In this document: piece after piece, positions 27,797 to 42,724 of the stretch
Layout of the letters: each line of letters opens with the position of its first letter
Position numbering within the stretch: the first letter of the stretch is position 1
Origin: Octopus vulgaris
Taxonomy: Eukaryota
Direction: 5' to 3'
Assembly: GCA_951406725.2 (NCBI GenBank)
Contig: OX597823.1
Span: forward strand, 38,212,001 to 38,336,000
Length of the DNA: 124,000 nucleotides
Notes under the pieces: model-generated
Told to the model about the DNA's origin: nothing
Databases searched by the model: none
Seen by the model: the letters and a program-made list of their open reading frames with translations, nothing else
Made by a program: the position numbers and the translations under genes

Positions 27797-28920
27797 GGGA
27801 GAGAGATACATATATGTATATACATACATATATACATACAGTCACACACACATATGTACATATACTTTTGTGTGTGTGTGTGGTGTACAGGTGTGTATGT
27901 GCATGTGTGTGTATGTTTTTGCCTGTGTTTGTGTTTATTCCTCTGTCCACCACTCGACAACTGGTGCTGGCTTGTTTACATCTCTGCAACTTAGTGGTTC
28001 AGCAAGAGAGACCAATAAAATAAGCATCAAACTTTAAAAAAAAAAATCAAATACTGGATTTGATTTGTTCAGCTAAACTCTTCAAGGCAGTGCCCCAGCC
28101 AGGTGGCAGTCCAGTGACTGAAGCAAGTAAAAGATAAAAGATAACAAAATAGATATGTTATTAACAAGGAAATTTCCCCAAGATTTAGAGATTGACTGCA
28201 ATGTTATAGCAAAACTTCAAAATGAAAATAAGCATTAATAGTTTGGTATTTAAATTTCAAGAGTCATATTTGGAACATTTGTGAGAACAAATTCTGTTCC
28301 AATGTAGAATAACCTATAATTGTTCTGAGATGTAGGAATGTTGAAGAAAACAGACTTGCTGTTGCTTTGATGGAACATTGCCAACATTTGTTCAACTCAT
28401 AAATACATTAGTTACTGACTTGTGAACATAGTGCTTAAAGGAGTGCAAGTTCAGTTGTTAAAATATTCACTTCATTATAAATTTATAAGTTTCAACTTAG
28501 TTTCCCTTGAGTCGAGTTACGGAACTAATAAAGCATGAAATAGTTACTTTATTAACTAATATAAAAAATACCGTTTCCATTATAGTGTCATCTTTTAATT
28601 TGATATTTACAATATTCTATTTGTATTGAGTATGTTTGACTTTTTAATCCTCTTTCTTGTTAGAATGGCTGTTAATTTGGTAACAATTGCATGTATTATT
28701 GACTACTCTTCTGTTGAAGAATTGAAGAATTCTGGCTTATGTCTGCAACAATATGATGGTGTAGCAGTAAACTCTTAAGGAATTCGATCCACAACTGGTT
28801 TTAAATCACAACTGGAACTGCTCCATTACTAATGTCCTTGGGAAAGGCACAAATAACTCAACTTCCAAATGACCTTGTTTGTTCTTCTAGAATTAAAAAT
28901 AAAATTAAAAAGAATATATG

Positions 28921-28989
<69 letters not shown>

Positions 28990-30283
28990 CATATAGTTAT
29001 ATTTTATTGCATGTGTGTGTGTGTATGTGTGCATGCATGCATGTGTGTGCGTGTGTGCATGCATGAGTGTGTGTGTGCATGAGTGTGTGTGTGTGTGTGT
29101 CTTTCTGTATGTCTTTCAACTTACAGACAAAACAACACAGACTTTAAAAAAAGACTTTCATTTTAAACAATTTATGAAGGTTTGAGCATAATTAACGAAT
29201 ACTTTTACCAGTAGCATAGCAATGGGTAATGACCTAGTAATTATAATGCAACTTTTATCAAATTTCTTGATATTGATACAAAATCATGAAATTAATATTT
29301 AAAATTAAATTTAATAAAACAAAACAAAGATGTACATATTCATTCTTAATACATTCTGACAGATTTGAAAGTTAATTATGCTAATTACTGTCGTATTTTA
29401 TGTATGGAGAACAAATTTCTTATTTCTTATTTGTATAATTCATCCTATAAATACTCTCAATTATACCTCCTCCTCCTCTTTAAGATTATATCTTGCTGTG
29501 TGCATAGTGTTCTTTAAGTCATTGCCTGTCACTAAGCCTTGTATGTGCACTTGTCTTCCACCTCTTATGTTAATTTTCTCTGTATCAGTCTTTTACTCTC
29601 TCTCCCATTCTCTCTAAATGACTGGAGAAAACAACCACTAACCAACATTTGTATTGGCTAACATTATGCAGAGATGACTTGTAAATAATGGTTTATTACA
29701 TGGACATGATATAGCAAGTATCTTTAGTAGGATTATGTGTATTATTGTCTAGTTGTCCTTATTGGACAAATTGTCATTGTTGTTTAGCATCAAAGTCCTT
29801 CTTTACATAAAATGGTGGAGGTGTGATTTGAGGGCAATTTGACAGTCTGTGTAATTGAACAGTTCTCCACCAACACAGTAATAGAATGCAGTGGAGTTTA
29901 GTAATGATAAGCACTTAACAAGCTGAGCTTTTAACATTGTTCCAAGCTGTGGACATTTTACCTGCATATTTTCCTTCTAGAAATCTGAGGCTTTTGTGTT
30001 CGTTCAGTTATGTTCATTTTTCCATGCTAGTATGGGTTAGATGAATATGTCATTGAAGCATTGTTTTTCAACTGGATGCCCTTCCTGTCACTAACCTTAA
30101 TCTGGTTTTGAAGGTACAGAGTTACCTAATGATTTGTTCACAAGGAAAATGACAATAAATTTCACTGTTTGAATCTCAGCAATTTTTTCAGTGAAGCACA
30201 AATGTAAACATTCAAATAGATGCCTCATATATACGTACACCATGTACTTGCATACATACACATCCATACATCCACACATGCAT

Positions 30284-30337
<54 letters not shown>

Positions 30338-31840
30338 GATGCTCTGTACAGTTTCTGTCCACAAAAATCATTTACAAGGCATTATCAGTTGGCCCAAGAC
30401 AATTGTAGAAGACACGTGTCCAAGGTGCCACATTATAGGACTGAATCTGAAACTCTGTGATCATGAAGTGAACTTCTTAACCACGCAGCCTGTACATGCT
30501 CATGAGTAAGAAATCCAGTTGCCTATTCCTCTTCCAAATGCAAATTCTAGTGAAGGAAAATAAAATGGTAGAAATATTTAGTTTATATTATATAAAAAGG
30601 GTTGGTAAATTATCAAATGTAATAAAGGGTTAATAGATTAAGATTTTATTATATGTAATAAGAGTTAATAGATTAAGATTTTTTTCCTTATTCGCTAAGG
30701 GTTAATAAGTTGACTCTTTATAAATTAAATGCTTATCATGTATCATAAGGGTTAATACATTCGTCTGTTATAGAAGGTGGTGAGTTGGCAGAATCATTAG
30801 CACACCTGGTGAAATGCTTAGCAACATTTCATTTATCTTTATGTTCTGAATTCAAATTCTGCCAAGGTTGACTTTGCCTTTCATCCTTTCAGTCTTGATA
30901 AAATAAGTAACAATTGAGCACTGGATGGCAGGGGAAGGGGGGGGGGCAACGTAATCCCCTGAAGTTTTTGGCTTTTTGCCAAAATTTGAAACCTACACAT
31001 TAATATGCTATTATTTGTCCAAGTGACAAAACACGGGTGTTTTCAGTTAGATTCACATTACAAAAAATGCAGTTTAAGGTTTTCTGACACAAAAAATGTA
31101 GGTAGTTGTATAAATGATCTAAACTTTGTAAGTAGTCAGATAAATGTTATATTTAGATGAATATTGTTTAGGCCACTAAACACACTGTTTAGTTACAGTG
31201 TTATTTTGTTTAAATTTATACCTGTATATGTTTAATTTTGTAGAAGGGATTGTAGGGGACAAAATATGAAGATGATGCAATAACATCAAGGACTGGATGG
31301 GAGGACTCTGATGAAGTGTATGACTAGCATGAGAGCAGTGTAAGGTGAGGAGTGGGTACTGTGTCTGAGCCACAGGGAAAGATTTTGGCAGAGTGTGTGT
31401 GTGTGGGGGGGGTGTATTTTAGCAAGTTTTATATTATGGTTGGTTACAGAGTGACCATTGATTTCGCCCCTATGAAGTACTTAGCTGTGTAGGTGACTTG
31501 TCAGACTCAAATGGCCAAAAGCACATAACTTCTTGAATTCAGTGAGTAGCTTAAACTGCTAAGCGCTTTGTTGGTGCAAAACCAATGGTCACTTTCTGAA
31601 TGGCCGTAACTTTTTACTTCTTAAAAATATATTACTGCTCTAATGCTTTAAAGTATGCTTCTTTTTCCGATGTATGAACTACCGACGATTTCTATATAGG
31701 TGCAAGAGTGGCTGTGTGGTAAGAAGCCTGCTTTCTAACCACATGGTTCTGGGTTCAGTCCTACTGTGTGGCACTTTGGGCAAATGACTTCTACTATAGC
31801 TTCAGGCTGACCAAAGCCTTGTGAAACTGAAAGAAGCCTG

Positions 31841-31877
<37 letters not shown>

Positions 31878-31884
<7 letters not shown>

Positions 31885-32424
31885 TAATATCAGGGTAAGA
31901 AAAAATTTTAGAAATTTTTACTACCAGTGGTCTTGAAAAATTATAATATATAAGCATGGAGCACATGCTGGATTGCCTCGTATTTATATGTTTAATCTAG
32001 GTATACCTGATGATGAAGACTTTACCTAGCAAATTATTTTATTTGCTAATTTAAAGTCAGAAACCATGGTCCGGGAAATAGATGGTAAATGTTTTTATTT
32101 TTCATTCTCTTCGAAATTTATCCACAATAGTGGTTTGGATTTTGGCTATTCCTTCTAGTGTGCCAGGTATCCTATGATTGATACCTCTTATGTGTTTAAA
32201 TGTAGACAGTATTTATATGAATAATATATAGTCTATTGACTAATTTTTCTACATGCTAGGCCACTGGTAGTAAAAATTTCTAAAATTTTTTCTTACCCTG
32301 ATATTATTAATTATTGATAAATTTTCTGTCAAATTTTCAAAGTAACACCGACATTATTTTATATGCTGCCGATAAAAAACTGCGCTTGCACGGTGGATTT
32401 GAAAAATTATAATATATAAGCACT
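31878..32424 (+). mobile_element. HHR-bearing non-coding unit with a 5' inversion and terminal direct repeat, nested in the microsatellite of a SINE A
   Basis: IR 31878-31930/32261-32313; DR 31933-31956/32399-32422 (466-bp period). CTGATGA 32007...GAAAC-CATG-GTC 32060-71. Confidence 0.75.
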
Positions 32425-32429
32425 GTATT

Positions 32430-32460
<31 letters not shown>

Positions 32461-32604
32461 GTATAAGGAAAAATAAGAAAAGACAATATCGCATCTTACA
32501 ACTGTTTCTATTTGCACTATTTTGGGCATAATCAGTAATTCATTGGATACAAATATCCCTTAGACAGTTTTTATAACCTCTAACTGAACTCACCTATATA
32601 TATA

Positions 32605-32635
<31 letters not shown>

Positions 32636-32863
32636 TTGTGCATCTATGTTTGTCACTCCACTATCACTTGACAACCAATATTGGTGTCTTGTTTAAATCC
32701 CTGTAACTTAGTGGTTCAGCAAAGAGATCAATAGAATAAGTACTAGTCTTACAAAGAATAAGTCCTGAGGTTGGTTCCTTTGACTAAAGGCGGTGCTCAA
32801 ACATGGCCACAGTCAAATGAGTGAAACAAATAAAAGAATATATGTATACACACACATGCATAT

Positions 32864-32896
<33 letters not shown>

Positions 32897-33597
32897 AGGT
32901 TTATTACATGGATAGGTATGAGATATGTGGCCTTATAGTTCGGGTACTAGATTTACAATAGCAAGATGATGGTTTTGATTCCCAAATTGGTGCATTGTGT
33001 TCTTGAGTAACACACCTTATTTCATATTGTTCAGTGATCACTTTGAACAGAAAATGTCATTTTGATGGAGGGAGTGAGCTAATGTACAGCACACACGTTT
33101 GATAAATTTAAACAAATCATCCATGCAAATTGTTCAGCAAGAAGTTGCACAGTTCTCATCTGTTGTATACAGTAAAAGGGTCCACAAAATGACAAGCATC
33201 TTTTCAGTTTCTTTCAGCTTTGGCCATCCCAGGGCTATAGTAGAGAACACTTGCCAAAGGTGCCATGCAGCAGGATGGAACCCAAAACAAGGTGGTTAGA
33301 ACAAACTTCTCAATGCCTGCATATACACATACACATACACATACATACATACATTATGGCTGCCCCCTCGTTATCGAGAATGGCCATTGCACGAAGCTTA
33401 ACTGTTACTGGTGCTGTGATCGAATGTGACTTTTTAGCCCAGCTAAAGATCTACAATGTATTGTACATACATACATACATACATACATACATACATACAT
33501 ACATACATACACACACATACATACATACATACATACATACATACATACATACATACATACATACATACATACATACATACATACATACATACATAGA

Positions 33598-33810
33598 AAT
33601 CTGCAGTTACTCTATCCAGATTGCAAGTTCAGGTTTATACCTGTAATTGTTGGAACCTTGAGATCTGTAACACACTGCCTAAATACCAATCTTGAGAAAT
33701 TAGGCTTCTCAAAACCAGAAAGGAGAAAGCTAATTTGAAGACTACAGATCATATCCATCACTGGAACTGTAAAAATATGTAAAACTTTCCAGAAGTTTAT
33801 CATTTAAATA
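33598..33810 (+). mobile_element. 3' end of a restriction-like-endonuclease (RLE) non-LTR retrotransposon
   Basis: FRFIPVIVGTL...NLEKLGF...LQIISITGTVKICKTFQKFII*. Confidence 0.6.
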
Positions 33811-36800
33811 TATATATGAGCATGTCTAGATATGCTGCTATATGCATGAAAATATATACATAAAGCAAAACATATAAATCTGCACATATACATCCATCCA
33901 TCCATCCATCCATCCATCCATCCATCCATCCATCCATACATACATACATACATACAGACAGACAGACAGACAGGCATACATACATACATACAAACAAACA
34001 AACAAACAAAAATACCCTGTTGTTGATGTTGAAATTCCAATGAAGGAGCCTTGAATTTAGGTTAGAAACCAGCTCTTTATTAGCAAGAAATCTTGAAATG
34101 AAACTGAACAATGACATACATACATACATACATACATACATACATACATACATACATACATACATACATACATACATACATACATACATACATACATACA
34201 CACATACATACATACACACATATATATTATACATATATTCAAATATACATGCAAGCACACACACACACATACACACACCAATGCTATTGGTTTAGAATTC
34301 TCTTTTAGGCACCATAAATAAAGGCATCATATATTAGGTTTGAGTGTCCCCAGAGAGGACCAAATAATAGCTTATTTTGATCAGTTTTGGCAGAGAAAAT
34401 AAGGTTTATTTCCCCCATGGGAACATTGAGATAGGAATGTCATTTCCATTGGTGGTTGTTGTTTTCTAGAACTCTAGCATTATTGATTTCAGGTAGAGAT
34501 GTGACTTGCTGGTTATCAATGAGTTTCATTTTTTTGTGCATTGTACAGCTGCTCTAGATGTATCTCTGCAAATATATTACTTATATAACTACAGAGCTGT
34601 GTTATTAATTTTCTCTTTTTTTTTCTAATTGCTTTGTTTTATTTGGAGTTTTTATAAGCGCATTACATGTCCAACACAGAGATTATAGTAAGCTTATGCT
34701 TTCTTGTTAACAACGCTGTATTACGCAATATACCTTTAGCATTATTTCCATTTAAAATGTATGATACAAATAAAAATTACTCTAAATATTGCTTTCAAAT
34801 TTTGGCACAAGGCTAGCAAGCTTGGGGAAGGGGTAAGTTAATTACATCGAACCCAGTACTCAACTGGTACTTATTTTACCGACCCCAAAAGGATGAAAAG
34901 CAAAGTTAATCTCGGGGGTATTTGAACTCAGAATGTAAAGATAGACAAAATGCTGCTAAGCACTTTGTCTGACATGGTAATGATTTTACCAGATCACTGC
35001 CTTAATAACACTAAATATTAATATTTATATTATATTCTCATTTATTTGTGTATTTTTCAGTTAATGTTTTAGAAATAATATTCTGATTGTTACAGTCCAA
35101 CACACTAACATCATTTAAATACCATTAAAATACACACTAACCCCATTAAAATACTGTTAAAATACCATTAGAAAATATTTATACACACATGCATATATAA
35201 GGTTTATTACATGGCTAGGCATGAGACATGTGGCCTAATAGTTACACAAATGAATGTGTAACTCAGTTGTGACACCTAGTTGGAACTAATTTTGTTTTAG
35301 TTTACCTCTTCTCTTAATATTCTTGGGAAAGGCATGAATGCTATATCTTCTGTTTCCTCTTAGTCTGGATATCTATGAAAAACTCTTGAGAAATGATATT
35401 ATTACTGTTGCTATTGTTTTTGCTTAGCCCCAGGTTAGCCTTACATGAGTGTACATGAAATTTAAGGGATTCTTCTCTCTCTCATTCTCTCTCTCTCTCT
35501 TTCTCTGGGATTGAGTATCTAGGAACTACATTATCAAAGGTACCATTTCAAAATGGTAGGGTATAATTTAAAGGAGATTTAGTTGTTATTCCTAGCAGGT
35601 CTCACAATTTCATAGAGGCTTTTCTCCCTTTACATCACCCCGTGTTCCTTCAATATTTTGTTTATATTCTTAACGGTGGCAAGCAGACAGAGCCATTAGT
35701 GCACTAGACAAAATACTTAGTAGTATTTCTCCTGACTCATTACATTTTGAGTTCAAATTCTCCCAAGGTCAACTTTGCCTTTCAGCTTTTCAGGGTTGAT
35801 AGAATAAAGTACCAGTTGATCACTGGAGAAGATCGATGTAATCAGTTGACCACCTTCCCACTAAAATTACTGGCCTTCTTCCAATATTTGAAACCATTTT
35901 TAGAGGGTGGATAAAGGTGGCAAAATATTTAAACAATTGGGCAAGATGCCATGCCTATTTCTTCCAACTTTTTATGTTCTGACTGTAGTTCCTACTGGGG
36001 TCAACATTGCCTTTTGTTATTTTGGTGTCAATAAAATAAAGTACCAGCTAGATACTTGGAATGATGGTATCAACTATCCCGCTTTGTCCCTGAATCATTA
36101 TTATCAAAGGTTATGAGTTGGTAGAACCATTAGCATGCCAGGCAAAATGCCTTCACTTTTTAGGTTCAAATTCCGCTGAGGTCGACTTTGCCTTTCATCC
36201 TCTTGGGATGGATAAAATAAGTACCTGCTGAATACTAAGGTTGATGTAAACAACTGACCCCCTCCTCTGGAATTACTGGCCTTGTGCCAGAATTTGAGAT
36301 CATTATTATCAAATAGAATGGTGGGATCATTACAGTGTTTCTTCTGCTTCTTCATGTTCTAAGTTCAAATCCCACCAAAGTCAACACTACTTTTTATCCT
36401 TTCATGGTCAATAAAATAAAGGACTGATCAAGTACTGAATTCGATATAATCAGCTGTACCCCTCCCTCTAAATTTCTGGCCTTGTGTCTTTGTTAGAGAC
36501 AATTATGAGAAGAGAGATGAGAGATGAGTTCTCTCTCTTTACCCTCCTTCCAATTCTACGTTTTGGATACCTCCAATATCAGAAGCTTCTTTCAGTTGTC
36601 AAATTCTTAATTTAAAAAAGAGACAACCATATATTCTAATGGGACACTGCAATCAATAGTGAGACATTTAGTTTTTGGAATATTTTCTTTCTTACAATAT
36701 TGGTTTCAAATTTTTGCACAGAGCCAGCAATTTTGGGGAGTGGCTAAATTGGTTACATCAGTGCCAGTGCTCAACTGGTACTCATTTTATTGACCCCAGA

Positions 36801-37849
36801 AGGATCAAAGACAAAGTCAATGTCAGTGGAGTTGAACTCAGAATGTACAAACAGATAAAATGCTGCAAAAGCATTTTGACCATCCCGCTAACAATTCTGC
36901 CAGCTCGCCTTTTCTCTTGTTTTCAATATTAAATATGAGAACATTTTTAAACATTCATTTTGGTTTTCTCATTATAATTAATTTTGAATTTGGACTTAAT
37001 TAATATTCTAATCAAGAAAATTTCCAATTCCAACAGAGCAAATTGTATATTCCTTTCTATCTGTTCAGCTATAACTGGCTCTTAGTGTATCAATAATTAT
37101 CAAACCTTTCCTATGACAACTAACTCTCCTGGCTGTTAACATTTAATTCAACACTCTACACTCATTCTTTTTCTCAAGTGGTTTGCTGTCATGTAAAGAG
37201 AATGGGATGGGGAAAGGTGAGCTGGGAATTAGGGTAGCAACATGTCCACTGAATGGACATGATTTAATGATACTTCAGCCAAAAGATAACTCCCTATTTG
37301 CAGGGTCCTCCCCATTCCACTGCTCTGACAAGCTCAAAGGAACTTCCATGGCAGAAAATTTTATTGTATTTTAGTGTGCAGAAATTTTATCATGCTAACC
37401 ACCTCCATAACAACCACCACTGCCACTGCCACCACCACCACCACCACCACCACCACCACCACCCATCATAATCCCATCATAAATTTTGCTAGTCTGTGGG
37501 TATTTCAAGCCACAAACAAACCAGTATTATAGTCAATAATGATTAAAAATACTGACTGTTCTTCTCCTGTTTAAAATAATATAGATTTTTAAATAAAGCT
37601 TTTTGATGTTTTTGGCAACCAAATCGGTATTTATGGTTTTATTTTGTTTTGTGTTTTTAGATCTAAGAGAAGACACCACATCACTCTAATGAAGGATACC
37701 AGTGTTAATCAATGTTAGTTTTGCAGGTCAGAAATGAAGCCTTTTATTAATTTTCTATTTTGTATTGATATCAGAACTATTACTGCAGAAGTTTCTCTCA
37801 GGATATTTACTGTGTGTCTGTATATATATATATACATATATTCTTTTAT

Positions 37850-38051
37850 TCTTCTGCTCTTTACATGTTTCAGTCATTTTGACTGCAGCCATGCTAGAGC
37901 ATGCCTTAAAGGGTTTTTAGTCTAAGTAATTGACCCTAGTACTTATTCTATTGGTTTCTTTTGCAGAACTGCTAAGTTACAGGGAATGTAAACACAGCAA
38001 TATTAGTTGTCAGGAGATGATGGGAGAACAAACACAGACACACACGCAGAA

Positions 38052-38139
<88 letters not shown>

Positions 38140-38187
38140 GTATATATGTATGTTGTTTGTTGTTTAAACACCTGTCTTCGTCTTTTG

Positions 38188-38228
<41 letters not shown>

Positions 38229-38420
38229 ATGTATATATATATATATATATATATATACAATAAGCTTCTTTCTGTTTCTGTCTATCAAATCCACTAACGA
38301 GGCTTTGGATGGCCCAAGGCTATAGCAGAAGACACTTGCCCAAGGTGCCACACAGTGGGACTGTACCTAGAACCATGTGGTTGGGAAGTGAGCTTCTTAC
38401 TATAGAACCACACTTGCACT
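37850..38420 (-). mobile_element. tRNA-derived SINE family A, full length
   Basis: Head GGTTCTAGGTACAGTCCCACTGTGTGGCACCTTGGGCAAG, internal (CA)n/(TA)n, tail ending GACTGAAACATGTAAAAG. Confidence 0.8.
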
Positions 38421-39061
38421 TAACACACACACACACACACACATCATCATCATCACACATCATATATATATATATACTTGTAATATTATATGTATATATA
38501 TATATATATATTATATATATATATATATATATTGTTTGATCCCCCTTCGGTCATGAATGACCATGGGATTGCACCTAGAAAGTTACCCTCCGAGGCACAA
38601 GTCTGGGCAAAGTTGTTCATGGAAGACCAGCAGTCGCCCATGCATACTGGCCTCCCCTCTCCATGCCACCGATGTTATCCAAGAGAAAGGCAAAGGCCGA
38701 TACAGCTTGGCACCAGTGACGTCGTAGCTCATTTATTAACGTGCAAGTGGCAGAGCATTCCACAGACATGTGTACTCTTAACATAGTTCTCAGAAAGATT
38801 CAGCGTGACACAGAATGTGACAAGGCTGGCCCTTTGAAATACAGGTACAACAGAAACAGGAAGAAAGAGTGAGAGAAAGTTGTGGTGAAAGTGTACAGGA
38901 GGGTTCCCCCCCACCCAGCCGGAGTCTTGTGGAGCTTTAGGTATTTTCGCTCAATAAACACTCACAATGCCTGGTCTGAGAATTGAAACCATGATCCTAC
39001 GACCATGTGTCTGCTGCCCAAACCACTGGGCCATTGCGCCTCCACATACACACAAACACAC

Positions 39062-39092
<31 letters not shown>

Positions 39093-39279
39093 GAGAGAGA
39101 GAGCGCTAGCCACTACACATTCTTTATTTTCTCTCCTTGTTTCTTTCTGTATTCCTTTCTGTGGAAGAGCATAGGGTCGAAACGTTAAAGACTTTTTCAC
39201 TTCCTGAGCATTATACTAATACATCTGTTTGTTGTCTACATCACCTGTCTTCGTCTTTTGTTTTTTTGTGAACTCCTCC

Positions 39280-39337
<58 letters not shown>

Positions 39338-39484
39338 ATAACTATAATAAATATTAGGGAATAAATCCAAATAATGACAATCTTCAGGTGGATTTCCGAT
39401 AAATCAGAAACAATTGTAGTGGTTTTAACTTTTTATATATGTATATACTTTTGTTTGTTTTGAAAATAGTGGTTTTGTCTCTAA

Positions 39485-39530
<46 letters not shown>

Positions 39531-39607
39531 TAAATATGTATTAGGCAAATCAAACTGAAAAACATAAATCTAATTTTTCCCTGTAAGTTTGGATTTACCT
39601 ATATTAT

Positions 39608-39657
<50 letters not shown>

Positions 39658-39696
39658 GTATGTATATAAACATATATATATATATGTGTGTCTGTG

Positions 39697-39742
<46 letters not shown>

Positions 39743-40396
39743 TATATATACATACATATCTATACTTGTATATATCCTTAGAATACTGATTTTAAATTTT
39801 GGCACAAGGCCAGCAAGTTTGAGGGAAGGGGCTAGTCAATTACATCATATATAGGTCAAGTGCTGGTGGGGGACAAACACAGAAACAAAGATACACACAC
39901 ATAGGTTTATATATAATTATATATGACACTCTTCTTTCAGTTTTTGTCTACCAAGTCCACTGACTAGGTTTTGGCTGGTCTGGGGTTATAGTAAAAGTTA
40001 CTTGCCCAAGGTACCACACAGTGGGTCTGAACCTGGAATCATGTGTTTGGGAAGCAAGTTTCTTACCACATAGTCATGCCTACACCAATATATATTCATA
40101 TCTATACCTATCTCTCTCCTTCTCTCTCTTTCTCTCTTTCTCTTTCTCTCTCTCTCTTTCTCACTCTCTCTCCTTTTTGCATACACACTCGTGCATGCAC
40201 ACACACATACACACACACATGCACACATACATGTGAGTGTATAGGTATGCATACTGTGCGCATATCTATATATCTTGGATAGAGTATGTATTTTCATTTT
40301 CACTGCCTGACACAATTTAAAACTGGCATATGTATATAACTGTATGTATGAATGTATGTATATATATATAGTATACATATGCATACATTATCTATA

Positions 40397-40427
<31 letters not shown>

Positions 40428-41689
40428 TTATCTATTTATCTATCTATCTATCTATCTATTTATTTATATATACACACACATGCATATAAGCATATATATA
40501 CACATACATATACTTATATGTTTATATATATATAAATACAAACACATAGACACACATATTCCCTAGAACACTTGGGAGGAACAAAACTTTCATCTGATCA
40601 AATCAATACATTGATTTCTGATCTATAGACATAATCACTGCCAGTTTGTGAAGAGTCTAGCTTGGAAACTAGTCATTTAGAAGAAATTCTTTGTAATTTC
40701 TCGTCTCACCTCACCCTCTCCTCATGGAACCTGAGAGGCTAAACTCAGCTCATCTTTTACCTCAATGCCTGACACTTTTGTGATGACCAAACAAAATAAG
40801 TCATGATTGATTCTCTTCCACATTTCATTTCTCTTTGTTCTCTGACCGAAAAATCTGACTGAAAAATAAATTATTTCAAATATTTTAACTGGAACGACTT
40901 TTGGTCCCAATTGATTTGACACTGCTGTATGTTACAGTTGAGTTTAATAATAAGTGGTGGGAAAGGAGAGAGAGAGACAGAGAGAATGAGCGTATGTATT
41001 GTGTGAATGATGTGTGTGTGAGTGGAAGAGAGAGTGTGTGAATAAGAGAGAGACAGAGAGAGAGAAAGTATGTGTTTATGAGTGTATGAGAGAATGATTG
41101 TGTGTGAGGGTGTGTGTGTATGTGTATGCATGCGCGCATGTAAAGTAATACTGTGTGCATATTAAACTTGATATTAAAGTTGTTATTCAACATTTAGCTC
41201 ATTGTGACTCATGACTATGACCGGGTAGCATTGTCTTAGGTGTGTATGCAATCACGAACAGGCACTCATGGTCCCCCACACATCTCGACTCAGTAGAACT
41301 TCCAAGATGTGAAAATTAGAAAGAAAGACACTGAAAAGAGATGGTAGATAGTGGTAATGGGGACTACACCAGCATCAGAGTAGTTCTAGCCTTTGTTACA
41401 GCTGATCAGATATGAGCAACATGAAATAAAATACCTTGCCCAACGACACAATGTATCATCTGCTTCAGAAATTGAACTCATATCTTTGTGATTGTGAGCC
41501 AAACAGTTTAACCACTATGCCACTCACTTTTACAATGTTGCTACAATACTGTGCTTTCAATTTATTTCATAAATTAATGCAGTTTGTCTTCTGTGGACAT
41601 CAAATACATTTATATCGATCATTTAAAATATTTTACATTTATTTTCCTTGGGTACAACAACCCTGAAAGCTGTGGTCTATGATATACTC

Positions 41690-42110
41690 TCTTTTACTTG
41701 TTTCAGCCATGTGACTGTGGCCATGCTGGAGCACCACCTTTAATCGAGCAAATCAACTCCAGGACTTATTCTATGTAAGCCTAGTACTTATTCTATTGGT
41801 TGCTTTTGCCGAACCGCTAAGTTACGGGGACGTAAAACACCAGCATCGGTTGTCAAGCGATGTTGTGGGGGACAAACACAGACACACAAATATATATACA
41901 CACACACACACATGTACATACATACATATATATATATACATATATTCGACGGTTTTCTTTCATTTCTGTCTACCAAATCCACTCAGAAGGCTTTGGTTGG
42001 CCTGAGACTATAGTAGAAGACACTTGCTCAAAGTGCCATGCAATGGGGCTGAACCCAGAACCATGTGGTTTGTAAGCAAGCTACTTACCACACAGCCACT
42101 CCTACACCTA
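41690..42110 (-). mobile_element. SINE family A, full length
   Basis: Same head/microsatellite/tail layout as other copies. Confidence 0.8.
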
Positions 42111-42389
42111 TAAAAGAAGATTCGACCTTGACCGAATTTGAACTCAGAACACAAGACGGACAAAACACCGTTCTTCATTTTCCCCGACGTGTTAACGATT
42201 CAGCCAGCTCGCTGCCTTGAATAAATATATTCATTTATTTTTAAGTAACAATTTGTAAATGGCAGTGTTATTAATTACAGATATCTATTGGGACAATCAC
42301 TGATTCGCACTTCAGATGATGGGAGTGATGAGGGAGTGCTTGTAACTTATTGCAGAACAAATTCCAATGGGGGACCTTGTTTGAAGATC

Positions 42390-42446
<57 letters not shown>

Positions 42447-42554
42447 AGTTTCTTATTGACCCTGAAAGCATAAAAGGCTATACCAAAAAAGCTCTAATGA
42501 CTGCCAATTCACAGCTTAGTTAAGACTTCTTAACCATTTTGTTACCATATTTAG

Positions 42555-42690
42555 ATACAGGCATGGTTCCGGGTTCAGTTCCACTGTTTGGCTACTTGGG
42601 CAAGTGTCTTCTGCATATAGCCTCTGGCTGACCAATGCCTTGTGAATGGATTTGGTAGATGGAAACTGAAAGAAGCCCATCATATATGCA

Positions 42691-42724
<34 letters not shown>

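Noticed and set aside
28666-28770. Plus-strand acceptor followed by MAVNLVTIACIIDYSS…
   Set aside because: Short, with an uncertain donor and no supporting neighbouring exons.
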